From: Candidatus Omnitrophota bacterium
GTDB lineage: Bacteria; Omnitrophota; Gorgyraeia; Pluralincolimonadales; Pluralincolimonadaceae
Assembly: GCA_041653595.1 (NCBI GenBank)
Contig: JBAZFB010000003.1
Location: 346-64,345 of the forward strand
Reading direction: 5' to 3'
Length of the DNA stretch: 64,000 nt
The position numbers and the translations under genes are program-made. Positions 1 to 9,215 of this stretch are shown here, piece by piece. The notes beneath the pieces are model-generated. The model was not told the DNA's origin, ran no database searches, and saw only the letters and a list, made by a program, of their open reading frames with translations. Every line of letters begins with the position of its first letter. The stretch's first letter is position 1.

Positions 1-109
1 GCCGTTCATAAGCTACGGAGGCTCGTCGCTCGTCTTCGACATGATCGGAGTGGCGCTTCTGCTCAATATTGCCAAATACAGCGAGAGCCCTTATGAGAAA
101 GAAGAATAG
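1..109 (+). CDS. ftsW: FtsW/RodA/SpoVE family cell-division protein, C-terminal fragment (5' end lies outside the window)
   Basis: Frame 2 reads ...PFISYGGSSLVFDMIGVALLLNIAKYSESPYEKEE with stop TAG at 107-109. This is a typical SEDS C-terminus and sits immediately upstream of murG, as in dcw clusters. Confidence 0.55.
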   Translation, partial: PFISYGGSSLVFDMIGVALLLNIAKYSESPYEKEE

Positions 110-146
110 TTATATGAATCCCGGTCATAAACATTATATAAACGGG

Positions 147-1220
147 ATGAAGATACTTATCGCGTGCGGAGGGACAGGAGGGCATATCTTCCCAGGGTTG
201 AGCCTTGCCCAGGAGATAAAGGAGAGGGGGGCCGGCGAGGTCCTGCTCGTCGGGACGGACCATCCCCTCGAGATGAGACTCTTCGGGTCGTTCGATATTC
301 CCTACAGGCTTATGCCCGTGGCGAAACTATCTGCGAACCCGGTAAAGTTCCTGAAATTCCTCGCGCGGTTCACCTCGGCTTGCCTGAGGTCCGGCAAGTT
401 GTTATTTGATTATAAGCCCGATATCGTGGTCGGTTTCGGCGGATATGCTTCATTCCCGATATGCAAATTCGCCGCGCTCATGGGAAAACCGCTTTTTCTG
501 CACGAGCAGAATTGCGAGGCCGGGATGGCGAACAAGATATTGGCGCTTCTGGCGAGGCGCGTCGCGGTGAGTTTCAAGGAGACGGAAAAGGCCTTCGGGA
601 GGAAAGCGGTATTTACCGGCAACCCCATACGCAAGAAACTCCTGATGACAAAAAGAGAGGACGCGCGAAGGTTTTATAAGTTCAGCCCGGACAAATTCAC
701 GGTACTTATCCTCGGAGGGAGCCAGGGCGCGCAGAAGATAAACATGATAGTAGGGGATATGCTGGGGACCTTGAGCGATGAAGAAAAAAAGCAGGTTAAC
801 ATACTGCATATCGCCGGGATGAAGAATATCGATGATGTTCGGAAAAAATACGAAGGGAGCGGCGTTGACGGCTGCGTATGCGATTTCGTCGGGGATATAG
901 GATACGCGTACGCGATGGCGGACCTCATCGTCTCTCGCGCCGGGGCTACGGCGCTCTTTGAGATCGCGGCCCTTGGCAAACCATCGATAATGGTCCCTTA
1001 CAGGTTCGCCGGCGGACACCAGTACCATAACGCCGCCGCGCTCGAGAAGACAGGCGGGACGGTCATCATGGACGAGCTCGGCCTCACGCCCCAGATGCTG
1101 AAGGACAAGATATTTGAGTTGAAGGACGACAAGGCGAAACTTAAGATGATGTCGGATGCCGCCAAAAGGTTTGCTGTACCCGATGCGGCTAAGCGTCTTG
1201 CCGATTGTATCATACCTTGA
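147..1220 (+). CDS. murG: UDP-N-acetylglucosamine--N-acetylmuramyl-(pentapeptide) pyrophosphoryl-undecaprenol N-acetylglucosamine transferase
   Basis: MKILIACGGTGGHIFPG... matches the MurG N-terminal glycosyltransferase signature. The ORF-track start at 69 would overlap the ftsW tail, so the ATG at 147 is preferred. dcw context. Confidence 0.9.
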   Translation: MKILIACGGTGGHIFPGLSLAQEIKERGAGEVLLVGTDHPLEMRLFGSFDIPYRLMPVAKLSANPVKFLKFLARFTSACLRSGKLLFDYKPDIVVGFGGYASFPICKFAALMGKPLFLHEQNCEAGMANKILALLARRVAVSFKETEKAFGRKAVFTGNPIRKKLLMTKREDARRFYKFSPDKFTVLILGGSQGAQKINMIVGDMLGTLSDEEKKQVNILHIAGMKNIDDVRKKYEGSGVDGCVCDFVGDIGYAYAMADLIVSRAGATALFEIAALGKPSIMVPYRFAGGHQYHNAAALEKTGGTVIMDELGLTPQMLKDKIFELKDDKAKLKMMSDAAKRFAVPDAAKRLADCIIP

Positions 1221-1313
1221 AATTTAGCGTCTTGCGAAGAGCCGGTTTATGACGCAGTAGGTATTAGATGAAGCGAGTAATAAATAAGGCCGAGCGAGAC
1301 TTAAATTTCAAGG
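1215..1313. repeat. ~99 bp intergenic element with terminal inverted repeats (copy A)
   Basis: The ends CCTTGAAATTTAGCGTCTTGCG...GCGAGACTTAAATTTCAAGG are inverted repeats. The interior GAAGAGCCGGTTTATGACGCAG...GAGTAATAAATAAGGCCGAGCGA recurs reverse-complemented at 42096-42194. The murG stop codon TGA lies inside the left end. Confidence 0.7.
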
Positions 1314-1332
1314 GATAAAACAATATTATAAG

Positions 1333-2739
1333 GTGATCATGAAACTAAAAGGTAAGAAGCACATTCATTTTATCGGCATCGGCGGCATCGGGATGAGCGC
1401 TATCGCTTTCGTCCTGCTAAAGAAGGGCCATAAGGTCTCCGGCTCGGACGTCAGGCGTTCGCGCATCATCGAGAAGCTCGAATCTCTCGGCGGCAAATTC
1501 CACGACGGCCATCACGAGAAGAACATAGAGGGCGCCGATATCGTCGTATTCTCGTCATCGATCACTCCGGAGAACCCGGAGCTAAAGGCCGCGCGCAATA
1601 AAAAGATAACGACGCTCCACCGCGCCGATATGCTTGCCCTGATAATGAACGGCAGGAAAGGGATCGCGGTTACCGGCGCCCACGGCAAGACGACGACATC
1701 ATCGCTCATCGCCCATATCTTATACAGGGCGGGGCTCGACCCGACCGCGATCCTCGGCGGCGAGGTGAAATCACTGGAGGGCAACGCGAGGGTAGGAAAG
1801 GGCGGGCATTTTGTGGTGGAGGCGGACGAGAGCGACGGCTCGTTCGTCCACCTGAAACCGCTCTACGGGGTCATCACGAATATCGACGCCGAACACCTCG
1901 ATTATTACAGGAACATGGGGGAGATAATATCCTGGTATTTGAAATTCATCGAGAAGATCAAGCCGGGCGGGAAACTCTTCGCATGCGGCGACTGCGATAA
2001 CTTGAAGCGGGCGCTCCGCGGTTATCCCAAGGAGGTCGTCACCTTCGGCCTTTCGGCCGGCGGCGATATATTTCCCGGGAAGATAAAGATGCACGACTCG
2101 CATTCCGAGTTCGAGATAATCTACCGCGGCAAGAACCTGGGGCGGGCCGCGATAAATATCCCGGGGATACATAACATCTCGAACGCAATGGCCGCGTTCG
2201 CCGTGGCGCTGGAGCTGGGCCTTGATTTCGGGACGATAAAGAAGGCGGTCGAGGATTTTACCGGCGCCGCGCGGAGGTTCCAGGTCAAGTATTCCGGAAA
2301 CGGGATAAAGGTGATAGACGATTACGCGCACCATCCGGCCGAGATAAAGGCGACTATATTGGCTGCTAAGAACTGGAAACCCGCGCGGCTTATAGCGGTC
2401 TTCCAGCCGCACCGCTTCTCCAGGACCAAGTACCTGAAGGACAGGTTCGGGAACTGTTTCGATATGGCCGACCGGCTGATACTTACGGATATTTACGCGG
2501 CGTCTGAGGACGAGCTCGATAATGTCTCCGGAAAAAGTATCTACGAGGAAGTGAAAAAGCACGGCCACAAGGACGTCATATACCTGCCCAAGAAAGAATT
2601 AAAAGAATATCTCTTGAGGGATATAAAACGCGGTGATATGGTCCTGATGATGGGCGCCGGGGATATTACCTCGATAGCCGGGGAGATGGCGCAGGAGCTT
2701 TCGAAAAAGAGAGGCAAGATATCAAGAAAGAACCCTTAG
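1333..2739 (+). CDS. murC: UDP-N-acetylmuramate--L-alanine ligase
   Basis: HIHFIGIGGIGMSAIA... is the Mur ligase N-terminal Rossmann motif; GAHGKTTTSS is the P-loop. Position matches the dcw cluster. Confidence 0.9.
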   Translation: MIMKLKGKKHIHFIGIGGIGMSAIAFVLLKKGHKVSGSDVRRSRIIEKLESLGGKFHDGHHEKNIEGADIVVFSSSITPENPELKAARNKKITTLHRADMLALIMNGRKGIAVTGAHGKTTTSSLIAHILYRAGLDPTAILGGEVKSLEGNARVGKGGHFVVEADESDGSFVHLKPLYGVITNIDAEHLDYYRNMGEIISWYLKFIEKIKPGGKLFACGDCDNLKRALRGYPKEVVTFGLSAGGDIFPGKIKMHDSHSEFEIIYRGKNLGRAAINIPGIHNISNAMAAFAVALELGLDFGTIKKAVEDFTGAARRFQVKYSGNGIKVIDDYAHHPAEIKATILAAKNWKPARLIAVFQPHRFSRTKYLKDRFGNCFDMADRLILTDIYAASEDELDNVSGKSIYEEVKKHGHKDVIYLPKKELKEYLLRDIKRGDMVLMMGAGDITSIAGEMAQELSKKRGKISRKNP

Positions 2740-2774
2740 GCTTCATAAAGGGCTCGGTCAAGCTCGACGAGCCG

Positions 2775-3614
2775 ATGGACCGCCATACGACATTCAAGAT
2801 AGGCGGGCCGGCGGATATTTTTGTCTGTCCGGAGGACGTCGACGACCTGCTGGTTATCCTGCGCTACGCCGTTTCGCATAAAGCGGATTATTTCATGATC
2901 GGCGGGGGCAGCAAGCTCCTGGTCGGGGACAAGGGCATCCGGGGGTTTGTCGTCTCTTTAGGATCGCCGTCCTTCAGCGGGATAGAATTCGACGGGGATA
3001 CGGCCATCGCGGGCTGCGGGATAAAGACCCACGAGCTTATAACGAAGGCCGCGGAGAAGGACCTGGGAGGCCTTGAGTTCCTCGCCGGGATACCCGGGAC
3101 GCTCGGCGGCGCCATCACGATGAACGCCGGGTGGCCGTCAAGGGCGATAGGGGATCTCGTCGAGGAGATAACCGCGCTCAAGGACCTCGAGAAGGTGAAA
3201 CTGGGCAAAGAGAGCCTTAAATTCTCGTACCGTTCCTCTAACCTCGACGGTTTGGTCCTGGTTTCGGCCAGGCTCAAGCTGGAAAAGAAGGCCAAGGATA
3301 AGATAGAGGCCGAAACGAAGAAAAACCTGGAGAAAAAAAGAAAAACGCAGGAGCTCGGCTATCCCAGCGTGGGGAGTATCTTTCTCAACCCGTCTGGAAG
3401 TTCGCCGGCCTGGGAGCTTATAGATAAGTGCGGCTTGAGAGGAAAATCGGTAGGGGGCGCTGCGGTCTCGGAGAAGCACGCGAACTTCATCATAAACAGG
3501 GGAAATGCCTCGGCCTCCGACGTCAGGAAATTAATAGATGAGATACAAAAAATAGTTTTTAAAGAACATCAAATTATGTTAAAATTAGAGACTAAATTAA
3601 TAGGAGAGTTTTAA
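2775..3614 (+). CDS. murB: UDP-N-acetylenolpyruvoylglucosamine reductase
   Basis: TFKIGGPADIFV... indicates the FAD-binding MurB fold; C-terminal MurB domain; dcw context. Confidence 0.9.
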   Translation: MDRHTTFKIGGPADIFVCPEDVDDLLVILRYAVSHKADYFMIGGGSKLLVGDKGIRGFVVSLGSPSFSGIEFDGDTAIAGCGIKTHELITKAAEKDLGGLEFLAGIPGTLGGAITMNAGWPSRAIGDLVEEITALKDLEKVKLGKESLKFSYRSSNLDGLVLVSARLKLEKKAKDKIEAETKKNLEKKRKTQELGYPSVGSIFLNPSGSSPAWELIDKCGLRGKSVGGAAVSEKHANFIINRGNASASDVRKLIDEIQKIVFKEHQIMLKLETKLIGEF

Positions 3615-4516
3615 TGGATAAGGTGGGGTCGAGGATAGGAGTCCTGATGGGCGGGCCATCCGCCGAGAGGGACGTCTCGCTGCGCTCGGGAAGGGCCATA
3701 ACAGACGCTTTGTTGAGCAAGGGCTACAACGCGATCCCTATGGAGATATGGCTCCCGACGAGAGACGAACTGAGGTCGGCGGGTATCGACGTCGCCTTCA
3801 TCGCCCTACACGGGACATTCGGCGAGGACGGACAGATACAGACGATATTAGAGGACCTCAGGATACCCTATACCGGCTCGAAAGTAAAAGCGAGCCAGCT
3901 CGGCATGGATAAGATCGCCTCGCGTAAGTTGTTCAAAAAAGCCGGGCTCAACATCCCGGGATACCACGTGATCGAGAACGGGACCAGGCCGAAACTGAAA
4001 TTCCCGGCGCCGGTCGTCGTCAAGCCCTCGGCGCAGGGCTCTTCGGTCGGGGTTTCTATAATAGACAAGGTCGAGGAGCTGGACGGCGCCATTAAGGAAG
4101 CGTTCAAGTTCGGCGAACAGGTGCTCCTCGAGGAGTTCATACACGGAAAAGAGCTTACCGTGGGGATAGTCGACGACAAGCCGCTGCCCGTGATACAAGT
4201 CGTCCCGAAAAGGCGTTATTACGATGAGGTCGCCAAATATACGGCCGGGATGACCGACTATCTCTGTCCCGCGCCCATATCCGAAGGAGAGGCGAGGCTC
4301 GCGCAGGACGCCGGCATCAAGGCGCATAACGCCCTCGGCTGCAGGTCTTTTTCCAGGGTCGATATGATACTTGACGACGGGGGGAAGATAGTCGTCCTCG
4401 AGGTAAATACGATACCGGGAATGACCCAGCTCAGCCTCCTGCCGAAGGCCGCGAAGGCGAGAGGGATGGATTTTCCGTTGTTGTGCGAGAAGATGCTCGA
4501 ATCGGCTTTTAAATAA
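3614..4516 (+). CDS. ddl: D-alanine--D-alanine ligase
   Basis: IGVLMGGPSAERDVSLRSG N-terminus and an ATP-grasp core; follows murB. Confidence 0.9.
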   Translation: MDKVGSRIGVLMGGPSAERDVSLRSGRAITDALLSKGYNAIPMEIWLPTRDELRSAGIDVAFIALHGTFGEDGQIQTILEDLRIPYTGSKVKASQLGMDKIASRKLFKKAGLNIPGYHVIENGTRPKLKFPAPVVVKPSAQGSSVGVSIIDKVEELDGAIKEAFKFGEQVLLEEFIHGKELTVGIVDDKPLPVIQVVPKRRYYDEVAKYTAGMTDYLCPAPISEGEARLAQDAGIKAHNALGCRSFSRVDMILDDGGKIVVLEVNTIPGMTQLSLLPKAAKARGMDFPLLCEKMLESAFK

Positions 4517-4517
4517 T

Positions 4518-5315
4518 ATGGCGAGAAAAAGGAAATCAGGCTCGGAAGCCTCAAAGCAGTTCGGCGGTTTCATGAAACGCAACAGGGTTGCGGTCACCGC
4601 CATTGTGGTATTGGCGCTCGCGGTGATAGCAGCCGGCCTGTGGCTAAAGGATTTTCTCTGCGCCGCGCCGTCTTTTGAGGTAAAAAAGGTCGAGATAGTA
4701 AAACCTGGCGGCGAAGGGAACTTATATATACAAAAGGAATATTTTAACCTCGAATTTCCCGTCAATTTTTTCACGGTGGATACCGCGGCGCTCGCCGGCA
4801 AGATAAAAGCGGCGCACCCCGAATTCCAGATAGTGGTGATAACCAAGTTCCTGCCCAACCGCATCATCGCGAATATAAAGGACAGGGAGGCGGTGGCGAG
4901 GATAAGGTTTGGGAGGGTCCTGCCGGTGGATTTCGACTGCGTCATCGTCTCGGATACAGGCAGCCTCGATTCGCTCCCCCTTATTACCGGCCTTGAGTCC
5001 CGGCTCGCGGACCCCAAAGCGGGCACGAGGGTGAAGTCGAGGAGGCTCAACACCGCCCTCGATATCCTCCGTCGCATCTATTCGAGGAAGGAGTTCGCGA
5101 GATCGGCGGTCACGTCCGTCGATATGACATATCCGGAAAAGGCTTTTTTCGTGATGGACGGGATGACGATAGTGGTCGGCAATAATGATCTCGACAGGAA
5201 GCTAGATTCGCTGGCCGCGGCGCTGAGCAATCCAAAGGTGGACAGGTCGAAGATCAATTCGATGGACCTCAGGTTCACCGATGCCGCGGTGACGTTTAAA
5301 CCGGAAAAGAAATGA
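4518..5315 (+). CDS. ftsQ: cell division protein FtsQ/DivIB (POTRA domain)
   Basis: Single N-terminal TM helix followed by a POTRA-like FEVKKVEIV segment. Located between ddl and ftsA. Confidence 0.8.
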   Translation: MARKRKSGSEASKQFGGFMKRNRVAVTAIVVLALAVIAAGLWLKDFLCAAPSFEVKKVEIVKPGGEGNLYIQKEYFNLEFPVNFFTVDTAALAGKIKAAHPEFQIVVITKFLPNRIIANIKDREAVARIRFGRVLPVDFDCVIVSDTGSLDSLPLITGLESRLADPKAGTRVKSRRLNTALDILRRIYSRKEFARSAVTSVDMTYPEKAFFVMDGMTIVVGNNDLDRKLDSLAAALSNPKVDRSKINSMDLRFTDAAVTFKPEKK

Positions 5316-6568
5316 AGAAGATATTAGCCGGACTGGATATAAGCGAGGATTTCGTGACCTGCTCGGTCTGTTCGACCGAGGAGAAGGATACCTTGTCGCT
5401 GTTGGGATCCGCCTCGGTGCCGTCGAGGGGGATGGATAACGGCGCGATATCGGATATAAGCGAGGTAGCTTTGTCGGTCGCCTCAGCCGTCGAAAAAGCG
5501 GAGGCCTCGGCGAAGACAAAGATCGTATCCCTCGTGACTAACTGCGACGGCGCGAGCCTGCGCGTCTATAACACCAAGGGGAGCGTGACCGTCGCCGAGA
5601 AAGAGAATGAGATAAGCAGGCACGAGGTCGAGCGGGTGACCGAGGCCGCCAGGACGATAGCGCTTCCCTTCGACAGGGAGATAGTCCATTCGATAACGCG
5701 CGATTTTATCCTCGACGGCCAGGACGGGATCAAGGACCCGACCGGGATGTTCGGCACGCGGCTTGAGGCGGACATGGAATTCGTGACTGCCCTGGTGACC
5801 AACCTCCACAATGTCAGGAGATCGATAAATACGGCGGGTTTTGAGATCAGGGATATAATCCTCTCGGGCATAGCGGCCGGGCACGCGATACTTGAAGAAC
5901 TCGAGAAGGAATTGGGCGTAATATTCATTTTCATCTCCTATTCCGCCACGCATATGATCGTGTATAACGGCGGCGAGATCAAATCGATCGAGATAATACC
6001 GGCCGGCAGCGGCGGGATGGCCGGGCTCATCGCCGATAATTTCAAGATACCACGCGAGTACGCGGCAGACCTGTTGAAACGTGAGATATCCCTTGATAAG
6101 CCCGCGGCCGTTGAACCGGCCGCGCAGGGGAGCGCTTCGCCGGAGGGGGACAAGCTGGTCCTGAGGCTGGGCGGTTCGAGCCGCTCCCTTTCGAGGAAGG
6201 CCCTCGCCGAGGCGGTAAGGCCGGAGGCCGAGGGGCTGATAAAAGAGATAGGCGGAAAGCTGAAGGATATGCGTGCCGCCAAGGAAGCCGCGATGGGATG
6301 CGTGGTCGCCGGCGACCTGACCTCGCTGGGAGGTTTCCTTGAGATGCTGGAATTATCGCTCAGCATGCCGGTGAAGATGGGGCTCGTCAAGGGTGTTACC
6401 GGCGGGGATATGGCGCGGGCCGGCGCCGGACAGATAGCCTCGGTCGGGCTGGTAAAATACTGGGCCAGGGAAGGCGCGAAGAGAAAGGTCCGGAAGAATA
6501 TCTTCGGGAACACGCCTTTAGGTAAGCTCGTCGACAGGGTAAACCGGATATTCAGCGAGTATTTCTAA
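5312..6568 (+). CDS. ftsA: cell division protein FtsA (actin-like ATPase)
   Basis: ILAGLDISEDFV start, actin/Hsp70 fold motifs and a C-terminal amphipathic helix; follows ftsQ. Confidence 0.85.
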   Translation: MKKILAGLDISEDFVTCSVCSTEEKDTLSLLGSASVPSRGMDNGAISDISEVALSVASAVEKAEASAKTKIVSLVTNCDGASLRVYNTKGSVTVAEKENEISRHEVERVTEAARTIALPFDREIVHSITRDFILDGQDGIKDPTGMFGTRLEADMEFVTALVTNLHNVRRSINTAGFEIRDIILSGIAAGHAILEELEKELGVIFIFISYSATHMIVYNGGEIKSIEIIPAGSGGMAGLIADNFKIPREYAADLLKREISLDKPAAVEPAAQGSASPEGDKLVLRLGGSSRSLSRKALAEAVRPEAEGLIKEIGGKLKDMRAAKEAAMGCVVAGDLTSLGGFLEMLELSLSMPVKMGLVKGVTGGDMARAGAGQIASVGLVKYWAREGAKRKVRKNIFGNTPLGKLVDRVNRIFSEYF

Positions 6569-6571
6569 AAG

Positions 6572-7249
6572 ATGATCCCTGAAAATATACAGGCCATAAA
6601 GGAGCGTATCCGCCTCGCGGCCGGGAAGATAGGGAAGAACGACCGGGATATCACGCTCGTCTGCGTGACCAAGGCCGTAGGCGTCCCGCAGATAGAAGAG
6701 GCCCTTGCCGCGGGAGTTACGGATATAGGCGAAAGCTATGTGCAGGCCGCGGAGATAAAATTTAAGGCGATAGAATACAGGGCAAAGTGGCACCTTATCG
6801 GCCACCTGCAGACAAATAAGGTCAAGGAGGCGGTGAGGATGTTCGATCTCATCCACTCGGTGGATTCCCTGAAACTGGCCGAGGAGATATCGAGACGGTC
6901 GGCCGGGCTCCTGGACCCGAAGAAGGTATTGATAGAGGTCAAGACTTCGGAGGAGGCGACAAAATACGGGGTATTGCCGGAGCAGTCGCTTCCCCTTATA
7001 GAAAAGATAGCCGTATTACCCCATATAAAGGTCATGGGCCTGATGACGATGGCGCCGTTCACTGAGAACCCGGAGGATTCGAGGCCGTATTTTGAGAGGT
7101 TGAAGAAATTGTCCCTGCTTATCTTGACGAAAAGGATCAGGAATGTGGACATGAGGTATCTCTCGATGGGCATGACCCAGGATTTCGAGGTAGCGATAGA
7201 GGAAGGCGCGAATATAATAAGGATAGGGCATGCGATATTTGGCGGATAA
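6572..7249 (+). CDS. yggS: YggS-family pyridoxal phosphate homeostasis protein
   Basis: HLIGHLQTNKVKEAV is the YggS/Ybl036c signature, in a ~225 aa alanine-racemase-N fold. It sits at the position normally downstream of ftsZ (ylmE). Confidence 0.85.
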   Translation: MIPENIQAIKERIRLAAGKIGKNDRDITLVCVTKAVGVPQIEEALAAGVTDIGESYVQAAEIKFKAIEYRAKWHLIGHLQTNKVKEAVRMFDLIHSVDSLKLAEEISRRSAGLLDPKKVLIEVKTSEEATKYGVLPEQSLPLIEKIAVLPHIKVMGLMTMAPFTENPEDSRPYFERLKKLSLLILTKRIRNVDMRYLSMGMTQDFEVAIEEGANIIRIGHAIFGG

Positions 7250-8054
7250 AAGAATAGGCGTCATCGGCCTGGGGAATATGGGTGGGGCGATAATAAACGG
7301 CCTCCTCTTATCCGGCGCCGTCAGAAGGACGGGTATTACAGGTTTTGATAACGACCGGGCCAAACGCGTGGTTGCCGTTAAGAAATATGGAATATTGGCA
7401 ACCGGATCCATATCGGAGACCGTAGCGCACAGCGATATCGTCATCTTCGCGGTCAAGCCGCAAAATATCGGCGAGGTATTAGAAGAGGTATCTTTTTACG
7501 GCAAGGGCCGGTTATATATCTCGATCGCGGCCGGGATAAATACCCGCAGGATAGAGAAGGCCCTTGCGCGCATACGAAGGCCCCGCGTCATAAGGGTGAT
7601 GCCGAATACGCCGGCGCTTGTAGGCGAGGGCATCACGGCTGTTTGCAGAGGCAGATACGCGACTGCCGGAGACCTGAAGGCCGCGGACAAGATATTTTCG
7701 AGCGTTGGGGATACGGTAGATTTAAACGAGAAATATTTTGACCTCGTCACCGCGGTATCGGGAAGCGGCCCGGCCTATTTCTTTTACCTCAAAGAGGCGC
7801 TCATAGAATCTGCTGTCAGCCTCGGGATGGACAGGGCTACGGCAAAAAAGCTCGTATCGAAGACCGCCCTCGGCGCGGCGCGGCTGCTTATAGAATCGGG
7901 GCATGAGCCGCAGGTCCTGCGCCGGAGCGTGACGTCAAAGGGCGGCACTACCGAACAGGCGATAAAAGTATTCGACCGCGCGGGGATGAAGAGTATAGTC
8001 GGAAAGGCCGTGACCGCCGCGGCGCGCCGTTCAAAAGAATTATCGGGGGAATAA
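7230..8054 (+). CDS. proC: pyrroline-5-carboxylate reductase
   Basis: IGVIGLGNMGGAII is an NADP-binding Rossmann motif followed by a P5CR dimerisation domain. Confidence 0.85.
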   Translation: MRYLADKRIGVIGLGNMGGAIINGLLLSGAVRRTGITGFDNDRAKRVVAVKKYGILATGSISETVAHSDIVIFAVKPQNIGEVLEEVSFYGKGRLYISIAAGINTRRIEKALARIRRPRVIRVMPNTPALVGEGITAVCRGRYATAGDLKAADKIFSSVGDTVDLNEKYFDLVTAVSGSGPAYFFYLKEALIESAVSLGMDRATAKKLVSKTALGAARLLIESGHEPQVLRRSVTSKGGTTEQAIKVFDRAGMKSIVGKAVTAAARRSKELSGE

Positions 8055-8057
8055 GGG

Positions 8058-8357
8058 ATGTTCGTATTGAGCAATCTGATATTCTGGGCCGCGCGCCTGC
8101 TTGAGATCCTGCTAAATATATTATGTATCCTGATATTTTTCCGGGCGGTCATAAGCTGGGTCAATCCCGACCCGTTCAACCCGCTTGTGCAGTTCCTGAA
8201 CAGGTCCACCGACCCGATACTGGCGCCTATAAGGAGGTTCATCCCCCCGTTGGGGTCCATGGACATCTCGCCGTGGATAGCGACGATAGTCCTCTATTCC
8301 GTAAATAAATATTTTCTGGTGCCGACACTTCTGGAACTGGCGATGAGGTTAAGGTAA
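8058..8357 (+). CDS. yggT: YggT-family membrane protein
   Basis: About 99 aa with two TM helices and a VISWV...DPFNP pattern typical of YggT/Ycf19. Linked to yggS-proC as in ylmE-ylmG regions. Confidence 0.8.
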   Translation: MFVLSNLIFWAARLLEILLNILCILIFFRAVISWVNPDPFNPLVQFLNRSTDPILAPIRRFIPPLGSMDISPWIATIVLYSVNKYFLVPTLLELAMRLR

Positions 8358-8387
8358 TAGCCGCATCCCGGAAATAAGGAGAGACAA

Positions 8388-9215
8388 ATGCACGAGCTGA
8401 AGACAAAGATCGAAGATACGATCAAATTCATAAAGGTCGAGTTGAAAGAGACACCGAAGATCGACATCGCCATAATCCTGGGGACCGGCCTGGGCAACCT
8501 CGCCGAGAAGATAAAAGAGAAGAGGAGCATAGAATATTGGAAGATACCCAATTTCCCGGTATCTACGGTCAAGGGGCACAAAGGCGAGCTCGTATTCGGC
8601 AAGATAGGCGACAAGAATGTCGTCGCGATGGAAGGCAGGTTCCACTATTATGAGGGGTACCCGCTGGACCAGGTCACTTATCCGGTCAGGGTGGTAAAGG
8701 CGCTCGGCGCTAAGATACTCGTCGTCTCTAATGCCGCGGGCGGTATGAACCCGGCTTACAAGGCCGGAGACCTCATGGCGATAGCCGACCACATAAATTT
8801 TACCGGGGTAAATCCCCTGATAGGGCCGAATGACGAATCGCTCGGCCCTAGGTTCCCGGATTTCTGCGACCTTTACGACCCGAAGCTTATCGCCTTGGCC
8901 GAAGAGATCGCGAAGGAAGAGAAGATCAGGATGCATAAGGGCGTATATGTAGGCATCACCGGCCCGAACCTCGAGACGCGCGCGGAGTATAAGTTCTTCC
9001 AGATGATCGGCGCCGACGCGGTAGGGATGTCGACCGTTCCGGAAGTCATCGTGGCCAGGCACGCGGGGTTGCGCATATTCGGCATAAGCGTCATCACCGA
9101 CGTCTGCCTCCCTGAGACGCTCAAACCATGCAATATAGATGAGATAATAAAGACGGCGAACGAGGCCGAACCGAAACTCACGAAATTGATATATACCCTG
9201 ATAGAGAGAATATGA
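8388..9215 (+). CDS. punA: purine nucleoside phosphorylase (PNP family I, inosine/guanosine type)
   Basis: IILGTGLG...[16 protein letters not shown]...[11 protein letters not shown] is the conserved PNP-I signature, in a protein of about 275 aa. Confidence 0.8.
   Translation: MHELKTKIEDTIKFIKVELKETPKIDIAIILGTGLGNLAEKIKEKRSIEYWKIPNFPVSTVKGHKGELVFGKIGDKNVVAMEGRFHYYEGYPLDQVTYPVRVVKALGAKILVVSNAAGGMNPAYKAGDLMAIADHINFTGVNPLIGPNDESLGPRFPDFCDLYDPKLIALAEEIAKEEKIRMHKGVYVGITGPNLETRAEYKFFQMIGADAVGMSTVPEVIVARHAGLRIFGISVITDVCLPETLKPCNIDEIIKTANEAEPKLTKLIYTLIERI

Noticed and set aside
69-146. Upstream extension of murG to the ORF-track start at 69
   Set aside because: It would overlap the ftsW C-terminus by about 40 nt. 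The conserved MurG N-terminus begins at MKILIACGG (147).
3848-5077. 409-aa minus-strand ORF, and similar long antisense ORFs at 450-1028, 1771-2568, 8349-9428, 14729-15691, 24965-25762, 26715-27950, 28278-29522, 46443-47501, 48976-49947, 53943-55052 and 58152-59015
   Set aside because: Each lies antisense to a plus-strand gene with unmistakable conserved motifs (ddl/ftsQ, murG, murC, PNP, aroA, GGDEF/pilT, pilB, proB, corA, mfd, rsmA). Their translations are Arg/Gly/Pro-rich with no motifs, which is typical of the reverse frame of GC-rich coding DNA.
5312-6568. Possibility that the 418-aa ftsA-like gene is actually a fused or diverged ftsZ
   Set aside because: The sequence shows actin-fold motifs and a C-terminal amphipathic helix. 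It has no tubulin GGGTGSG signature.
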